Part shown: piece by piece, positions 26,707 to 32,000 of the stretch
Layout: every line of letters starts with the position of its first letter
Numbering within the stretch: the stretch's first letter is position 1
Source of the DNA: Candidatus Saccharimonadota bacterium
GTDB lineage: Bacteria > Patescibacteriota > Gracilibacteria > UBA4473
Reading direction: 5' to 3'
DNA: 32,000 nt
NCBI GenBank assembly: GCA_030429505.1
Contig: JAUIFI010000001.1
Span: forward strand, 750,001-782,000
Made by a program: the position numbers and the translations under genes
The notes under the pieces: generated by a model
Told to the model about the DNA's origin: nothing
What the model saw: the letters and a program-made list of their open reading frames with translations, nothing else
Database searches by the model: none

Positions 26707-27270
26707 CTATTTAGAGTTAGGAGAAGGATCAAATGTAACACAAACATTCGAATCTAAATCAAAACATCTACTAAATCTCCCACACTGCTCAATAAAGTTT
26801 GAACCATGTTCGTTTTTCATGATCTCGATTGAGTCTTCTTCTGCATTAAAGCACAAAAGAAATATATCAATTGAGCTAAAAGACAATACCATTCCGTACT
26901 GGCCCTTAGAAACAATAAGGGGAACAAAATAAAAAGAATAATAGACAGTAACAGATTGCCGACCATGCCACTGAAATGATTCTTTATTATGCGTTCTTTT
27001 AGTAGTTAATTGTCCCCGAGTGAAAAGAATTGAAGTAGGAAGCTGATCAAAGTACAACTCTCCACACTTTGATTCTTTCCCCAGAGGAGTAATACAAAAT
27101 TTCAAACCAAGTTTCATCTCAGTCGAACGCAATTCCAACGCAACAGTAGAATCTTCTCTACCTACGGAAAGTTGAATAGTTGCCATAATCAATTCCTTTA
27201 ATTTCGATTTCAAACAAATACCATTATGAAGAGAAAAAATCCGATCACGCACAAAATCATCTCTCTCCAC
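26707..27270 (-). CDS. hypothetical cytoplasmic protein
   Basis: Long ORF. An internal start at 27186 (MATIQLSV) is preceded by aaggaattgatt, so the protein may be 160 aa. Several Cys pairs. No family recognised. Confidence 0.5.
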   Translation of the reverse strand: MERDDFVRDRIFSLHNGICLKSKLKELIMATIQLSVGREDSTVALELRSTEMKLGLKFCITPLGKESKCGELYFDQLPTSILFTRGQLTTKRTHNKESFQWHGRQSVTVYYSFYFVPLIVSKGQYGMVLSFSSIDIFLLCFNAEEDSIEIMKNEHGSNFIEQCGRFSRCFDLDSNVCVTFDPSPNSK

Positions 27271-27376
27271 AATCCAGACACCGACCTGTCAAAGAAACAG
27301 TCTTGTGCAATACTATAGATTACAACAAAAGACAAATAACAAATACAATACAAAAAAATACATGTCAATAAAGTCT

Positions 27377-27404
27377 TTGACATTTTCCCCAAAAATACCA
27401 CAAT
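27377..27404 (+). promoter_or_regulatory. candidate promoter (TTGACA-16-CACAAT) 10 nt before ATG 27415
   Basis: Hexamers at 27377..27382 and 27399..27404. Confidence 0.35.
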
Positions 27405-27414
27405 ACCGCCGTCC

Positions 27415-28374
27415 ATGAATTATGCTAAAATTATTCATGACGCGTGGAATCTCACCACACGCGCCCCAAAACTCAAATGGTTGGTCTTCGTGCCAAGCTT
27501 TGTCGCCGTCATATTTTTCGTTGGAGAAATCGCTTGGCAGTCGACGCTACTGTCCGAAGAATTAGGCTTTGTCGAAAATCACTTCGTCTATGACAAGCTC
27601 GGCAGCGGAATATCCTTCATAATTGATCATAACTTACTTGGGTGGGTTATATTTTTGGCACTTTTCATTGTTTTATTTCAGTTTTTCTTCCCAGCCTGGA
27701 TACTCTCAACACTGATTCTTTCCATACGACAAAAATTCGAATACCCAGATTCACATTTTTCCATTCGACAAAAAATCCTCGACGGCTTTGAATATTTTCC
27801 TAGGCTCTTTGAACTCAATGCCATCTTTGCTCCTTTCTCCATTATGAGCATCTGTCTTTTTACCGTCACTATGTATCGATATTACAATGGTGAAATATTT
27901 TCAAGCATCATTTTTCCTCTGGTCGCAGTGTTTTTTATCATATCACTCTTTGTAAACGTATTCATATCATTTGCTCAATTTTACGTTGTCTGTGAAAAAT
28001 GCCCCGTTGCCACATCTATTAAAAAAAGTCTGGGACTCGTTTTTCTAAATTTCAAGGCCACTATGTCGATCATCCTTCTGATGCTCCTAGTCAACGTTCG
28101 CATCATTGTCAACGTCATAGTGGTTCTAGGCGTACCATTCCTGCTCGTTTTTGCTCTATCATTTTTTGCCAAATCAGCATGGCTCACCATTGCTGTCTTC
28201 GGAGTCAGTATAGTCGGACTCATATTACTCGCTCTTGCTGCCTACCTCACCTCAATCATAGAAGTGTTTTCAACAGCCGTTTGGGAAAGGGCATTCAAAG
28301 AGCTAAGACAAAGACAAGAAGATGAAATAGTAAAAACAGAAACAAAAAATCACACACCTCAAACGGAAAATTAA
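27415..28374 (+). CDS. hypothetical polytopic membrane protein
   Basis: At least six hydrophobic helices. The N-terminus (IIHDAWNLTTRAPKLKW) resembles DUF975/GDPD-membrane-domain-type proteins, from memory only. Confidence 0.65.
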   Translation: MNYAKIIHDAWNLTTRAPKLKWLVFVPSFVAVIFFVGEIAWQSTLLSEELGFVENHFVYDKLGSGISFIIDHNLLGWVIFLALFIVLFQFFFPAWILSTLILSIRQKFEYPDSHFSIRQKILDGFEYFPRLFELNAIFAPFSIMSICLFTVTMYRYYNGEIFSSIIFPLVAVFFIISLFVNVFISFAQFYVVCEKCPVATSIKKSLGLVFLNFKATMSIILLMLLVNVRIIVNVIVVLGVPFLLVFALSFFAKSAWLTIAVFGVSIVGLILLALAAYLTSIIEVFSTAVWERAFKELRQRQEDEIVKTETKNHTPQTEN

Positions 28375-28377
28375 ATC

Positions 28378-28989
28378 ATGAAAAAAACTCTAGAAAAAAT
28401 AATCTGGATACTCCTTGGAATAGTCCTAATATTTTTAATCTACGAAGTCACAGTCAAAAAAATCATTACCCTTCACATCTTCGGTGAAAAAAACGGACTC
28501 ATTATACAAACTCCTCAAAAACAAATCTTTACCTTCGGAGATCAAAATTCACTCTCACTCCAAAGTACTCTAGGCACTATAATGCCGTACTTTCAGAAAA
28601 AAACTATCTCACTTGAAGAACAAGCCATAGGCAAAGAAACAATATTTCACCAAACATCTGTTCTTCTCATATCGGAAAATCTAATTCGAGGAAACTTTGA
28701 AAACCATACTATCTGGTTCATCAATAATCCAGAAGATGAAGATTTTACAAAGCTAAAACAGCACCCTATCAACCTAAAAAGCGACTGGTGGGCATTGACC
28801 AAAACCAAATATCCCGACTTTTTACCCATCCCCACCCAAGGCATTCTTTTCCTCGGAACACAAAAACCAGGTCAAACCCTCATTACTTTTGCCGAAGAAA
28901 ACAAAATCCCTCTCATCACCATAAAAGACACCAATGGATTTTTACTGGAATTAAAAGATCAGGAGTGGAAACTAAAAACGAGAAAGTAA
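28378..28989 (+). CDS. hypothetical membrane-anchored protein
   Basis: N-terminal TM anchor (IIWILLGIVLIFLIY). Starts 3 nt after the previous gene. Function unknown. Confidence 0.6.
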   Translation: MKKTLEKIIWILLGIVLIFLIYEVTVKKIITLHIFGEKNGLIIQTPQKQIFTFGDQNSLSLQSTLGTIMPYFQKKTISLEEQAIGKETIFHQTSVLLISENLIRGNFENHTIWFINNPEDEDFTKLKQHPINLKSDWWALTKTKYPDFLPIPTQGILFLGTQKPGQTLITFAEENKIPLITIKDTNGFLLELKDQEWKLKTRK

Positions 28990-29036
28990 AAAGAGGAAAA
29001 AAGATAAAAAACACAGTTTCCAAAGCACCAAAAATC

Positions 29037-30290
29037 TTAACGCCGACGCACTTGCGGCTGATCAAGTTTCCAATTTACATACTGCTGTTGAAAAGCTCCG
29101 AAAATCGTAGACGTCAGCCAGTACACTCCCACTCCAGCCGGAAAACTCGTCGTAAAAAAAGCCACCATCACCGGCATCACCCATAGCATAACCTTATTCA
29201 TCTGCTGCATTTGTCCCAAAGGACCAGTATTTTGTTTCGCTGGAGAAGATGATTGAGACTGTTTTTTCTTTGCAGCAAGAAAAGATAATTTTACAGCTAC
29301 AAATTGAGCCAAACCCACACACAAAGCTAAAACCAACGTTCCATTCTGAGCCAAATCAAGCCCAAAAAAAGCATTCTCCACTGCCGTTAAATCAGGCACC
29401 TTGTGAAAACTATAAAGCAAGTAATGTAAATGAGGCGACAAACCATCCCGAATAATATAATAAATTCCCAACAAAAAAGGCATTTGCAATAAAGTCGGCA
29501 AACAGGAACCCATCGGATTCACCTTATGAGTCTTATATAGTTCCATCGTCTTCATCGCCATCATTTGCTGATTATCTTTATATTTTTGTCGTAATTCATC
29601 CATTTTTGGTTGCAATTTCTGCAACTCTCGTTGCGATCTCATCGCCTTTTGATTAGGAACAAAAAGAAGTAGTCTCACAAGAAGTGTCAGCATTACAATC
29701 GCCCATCCAAAAGAATGTGTCGGTAAAGCCTCCGTAAAAAACACCAAAATATTAAACAAAGGCTTCGTCACAATAGCTCGAAAAAGCTGACGAAACACAC
29801 CCGCTCTTTTAATTTCAAAAGCAGAAGACTCAATGGTAACAACATCACTCTCACCAAAAGAAAAGTCCATAAGTACCTTATAAGTCCCCTCATCGCCAAA
29901 CAATCGTTCATTAAAATAACGAAGACTAAAAACATGACTCGCACCAGGCTCTAAAGAAAAACCTGTTGCTAAAGAATCAGAACAATTTTCAAAAGCATCA
30001 CCCGAAACATCTGTCTCTTCATGTTTCCCCACATAAAAAACCTGTAACGCCCCCCCTCGCTCACAAGGAGAGGTGAAAGTAATTTTTTCTTCACGCTGAT
30101 TCTCCACCACCAAACGCACCAAGTTTCCGGTCACAAAAGACTTCTTTTCAGGTGTAACAGTAACAGATGAAACTACCGGCTGATCAGATGGTTGTTCTTC
30201 ACCAAAAAAATGCTGAAAGCCCAACAGCAAAACATAAAAAACCGCAAACCACAATAAGAAACTTTTCAAAAAATGTTTAATCGTATTCAT
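29037..30290 (-). CDS. yidC: membrane protein insertase YidC
   Basis: Conserved YidC/Oxa1 core (GWAIVMLTLLVRLLLFVPNQKAMRSQRELQKLQPKMDELRQKYKDNQQ...MELYKTHKVNPMGSCLPTLLQMPFLLGIYY). Sits downstream of rnpA. Confidence 0.9.
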   Translation of the reverse strand: MNTIKHFLKSFLLWFAVFYVLLLGFQHFFGEEQPSDQPVVSSVTVTPEKKSFVTGNLVRLVVENQREEKITFTSPCERGGALQVFYVGKHEETDVSGDAFENCSDSLATGFSLEPGASHVFSLRYFNERLFGDEGTYKVLMDFSFGESDVVTIESSAFEIKRAGVFRQLFRAIVTKPLFNILVFFTEALPTHSFGWAIVMLTLLVRLLLFVPNQKAMRSQRELQKLQPKMDELRQKYKDNQQMMAMKTMELYKTHKVNPMGSCLPTLLQMPFLLGIYYIIRDGLSPHLHYLLYSFHKVPDLTAVENAFFGLDLAQNGTLVLALCVGLAQFVAVKLSFLAAKKKQSQSSSPAKQNTGPLGQMQQMNKVMLWVMPVMVAFFTTSFPAGVGVYWLTSTIFGAFQQQYVNWKLDQPQVRRR

Positions 30291-30649
30291 CTATGACGAG
30301 AAAAAGAAGCTTTATTTGGAGAACGACTCAAAAACTGTCGCAGTTTTCCAAGTCCTTCTACAAAATCCTGTGAATTCTGAAAGATTTGATCTCCCTTGTA
30401 AAGACAAATAACATTTTGCTTTCTTAAATATTTATACAAGTGAAAACGTAAAAGTTCATAAATTTGGCGACGAATCCGATTGCGCCGCACAGCCAATTTT
30501 GCCACTTTTTTTGATACCACCACCGCACAATGCGAACGATCATTATCCGAAGAAACTAAAAAAAGACAATCCTTCCACCGAAAAGATCGAGATTTTTTAA
30601 ACTTGGCATCAAACAATCGACTTGTAAACCGATCCTCCTTCGGAAGCAT
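30287..30649 (-). CDS. rnpA: ribonuclease P protein component
   Basis: RnpA pattern (LPKEDRFTS..., VVVSKKVAKLAVRRNRIRRQIYE). Positioned between rpmH and yidC. 4-nt overlap with yidC. Confidence 0.85.
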   Translation of the reverse strand: MLPKEDRFTSRLFDAKFKKSRSFRWKDCLFLVSSDNDRSHCAVVVSKKVAKLAVRRNRIRRQIYELLRFHLYKYLRKQNVICLYKGDQIFQNSQDFVEGLGKLRQFLSRSPNKASFSRHR

Positions 30650-30667
30650 ATCAATAGTTTATAAAAA

Positions 30668-30820
30668 CTAAGTCCACGGCTTCTCCTTTGAAGCCACCGA
30701 CAAAAGCTTTCGCCCCTTATTTCTTCGATTTGCCAAAACCCTTCGCCCCCCAGGAGTCTGCATACGAGCCCGAAACCCATGCGTTCGTAACCGTTTTCTC
30801 CATCGTCTTTTCGCAAGCAT
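30668..30820 (-). CDS. rpmH: 50S ribosomal protein L34 (not in the ORF track; 50 aa)
   Basis: My own translation of the minus strand: [50 protein letters not shown]. It contains the L34 signature RTHGFRARM...GR.VL..RR.KGRK.L. Confidence 0.9.
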   Translation of the reverse strand: MLAKRRWRKRLRTHGFRARMQTPGGRRVLANRRNKGRKLLSVASKEKPWT

Positions 30821-30842
30821 TGTCAAAAATAATAACAGAAAG

Positions 30843-30871
30843 ACTTATACGCACTTCCACACACCTTGTCA
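30843..30871 (-). promoter_or_regulatory. candidate rpmH-rnpA-yidC promoter (TTGACA-17-TATAAG on minus strand)
   Basis: Complement of 30866..30871 is TTGACA. Complement of 30843..30848 is TATAAG. 22-nt leader to the ATG at 30820. Confidence 0.45.
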
Positions 30872-31030
30872 AACAAAGACATTTTTCTATGAAGAAGAAG
30901 GTATCAAAAATAATCTTAGGCAAGGCAGAAAACTAAAAATACGGGAATCGTACATTTCGCTGTACGATGATAAATTTTTAGTGTATCCAACACAGCATTA
31001 AGACATTTTTCAGAGCTTCTAAAAATAAAT

Positions 31031-31059
31031 TTGACAGAGAAATGGAAACTCCATACAAT
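31031..31059 (+). promoter_or_regulatory. rRNA operon promoter (TTGACA-17-TACAAT)
   Basis: Consensus -35 at 31031..31036, 17-nt spacer, TACAAT at 31054..31059. About 160 nt upstream of the 16S 5' end. Confidence 0.55.
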
Positions 31060-31114
31060 GCGCTGGCTTTTGGGGGGTGTTTTGAAGCATATTCACTTCA
31101 AAAGCAGCTTAAAA

Positions 31115-31125
31115 GCTCTTTTTCA
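31115..31125 (+). promoter_or_regulatory. boxA-like antitermination element in rRNA leader
   Basis: GCTCTTTTTCA compared with the boxA core GCTCTTTAACA. Preceded by small hairpins (TTTTGAAG/CTTCAAAA at 31079..31102; AGCTT/AAGCT at 31106..31117). Confidence 0.3.
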
Positions 31126-31217
31126 TTTCGAACGCATAACAGTATCAGAATATTCTGATATTGATACAACCAAAAATCAACGTTTATTCTTTTTGAAATT
31201 TTTTCAAATTTTCTTTT

Positions 31218-32000
31218 TTTAAGGAGAGTTTGATCCTAGCTCAGGATGAACGCTGGCGGTGCGCCTAATACATGCAAGTCGAACGTGATCTTGTTGGATT
31301 TATTCAGCAAGTGAAAGTGGCGGACGAGCGAGTAATACATAAGAACCTGCCCTGTACTCGGGGACAACCCACCGAAAGGTGGGCTAATACCGGATAGTCT
31401 CGAAAGAGTAAAGCTTTTGCGGTACAGGAGGGGCTTATGGCTTATCAGTTTGTTGGTGGGGTAAAAGCCTACCAAGACTATGACGAGTAGCTGGTGTGAG
31501 AGCATGACCAGCCGCGATGGGACTGAGACACGGCCCATACTCCTACGGGAGGCAGCAGTAGGGAATCTTCCGCAATGGGCGAAAGCCTGACGGAGCGACA
31601 CCGCGTGAAGGATGAAGCATTTCGGTGTGTAAACTTCTTTTCTCGGGGAAGAAAATCTGACGGTACCCGAGGAATAAGCTCCGGCTAATTACGTGCCAGC
31701 AGCCGCGGTAATACGTAAGGAGCAAGCGTTATCCGGAATTATTGGGCGTAAAGCGTCCGCAGGCGGTGGAGAAAGTCTGTCATTAAATACCAGTGCTCAA
31801 CATTGGTGCTGTGATGGAAACTTCTACACTAGAGGATGGGAGAGGTATGTGGAATTGTGCAAGTAGGGGTAAAATCCGTAGATATGCACAGGAACACCAA
31901 AAGCGAAGGCAGCATACTGGACCATTCCTGACGCTCAGGGACGAAAGCGTGGGGAGCGAAACGGATTAGATACCCGTGTAGTCCACGCCGTAAACGATGC
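31218..32000 (+). rRNA. rrs: 16S ribosomal RNA, 5' portion (runs off the window end)
   Basis: AGAGTTTGATCCTAGCTCAG at 31225. ACTCCTACGGGAGGCAGCAG, GTGCCAGCAGCCGCGGTAATAC and GGATTAGATACCCGTGTAGTCC appear in the expected order. The 5' end is estimated by analogy to E. coli numbering. Confidence 0.97.

Noticed and set aside
28378-28989. Resemblance of the 203-aa protein to the metallo-beta-lactamase module of ComEC
   Set aside because: LHIFGEKNGLIIQTPQKQIFTFGD loosely parallels FLDVGQGDAILI..P.G..ILID.G. However, the HxHxDH and other metal-binding histidines are absent, and the upstream membrane protein lacks ComEC competence-domain motifs. Too weak to call.
30556-30936. Track ORFs 30556..30816 (-), 30688..30936 (+), 30717..30923 (-)
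   Set aside because: They overlap the true rpmH gene (30668..30820, a different frame with a clear L34 signature) and its promoter region.
30821-31217. oriC / DnaA boxes next to rpmH
   Set aside because: The best matches to TTATCCACA (gtatccaac, acttccaca) each have three mismatches. No cluster and no AT-rich unwinding repeat pattern was seen.
31236-31725. Minus-strand ORFs 31236..31601 and 31543..31725
   Set aside because: They lie entirely inside the 16S rRNA gene.
1-32000. Alternative genetic code (UGA recoding, as in some CPR lineages) and CRISPR arrays
   Set aside because: TGA terminates well-supported genes (gyrA, flavodoxin, oxidoreductase alpha), and long conserved proteins read through without in-frame TGA. 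No short regularly spaced direct repeats were found anywhere in the window.

Overview
Gene-dense, low-GC bacterial window using the standard genetic code (TGA is a stop in several well-supported genes). All calls come from reading the supplied ORF translations and the DNA by eye; no searches were run. The gene content and trimmed-down protein architectures suggest a small-genome, CPR/Patescibacteria-like bacterium, but that is inference only.

Housekeeping content: a 5'-open hypothetical ORF, jag/khpB-like KH-R3H protein, a short AlaRS, gyrA, a FecR-like membrane-anchored protein, a small membrane protein, an exported cyclophilin PPIase, a Trm11/COG1041-like methyltransferase, tRNA-Asn(GUU), a flavodoxin plus two-subunit 2-oxoacid:acceptor oxidoreductase operon, four hypothetical proteins, yidC-rnpA-rpmH, and a strong promoter and leader followed by the first ~780 nt of a 16S rRNA gene.

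Accessory content lies between about 10.06 and 22.7 kb. The intact tRNA-Asn is surrounded by partial tRNA copies and att-like direct repeats. Next come a very AT-rich two-gene restriction-modification module with no HsdR, whose methyltransferase carries an N-terminal PD-(D/E)XK-like domain (BcgI-like type IIB architecture), and an orphan RelB/DinJ antitoxin.

The most interesting region is 15.3-22.7 kb. It holds four consecutive secreted or anchored proteins built from shuffled paralogous fibre-like modules. One of them contains three tandem ~148-aa gC1q/TNF-like repeats. A three-SLH-domain protein sits convergent to them. I propose this as a candidate, uncharacterised cell-surface attachment or receptor-binding apparatus.

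Canonical TTGACA-17-TAnAAT promoters can be read at many operon starts, and several lie so close to the ATG that leaderless mRNAs are implied. No CRISPR array, transposase, integrase or reverse transcriptase was seen.
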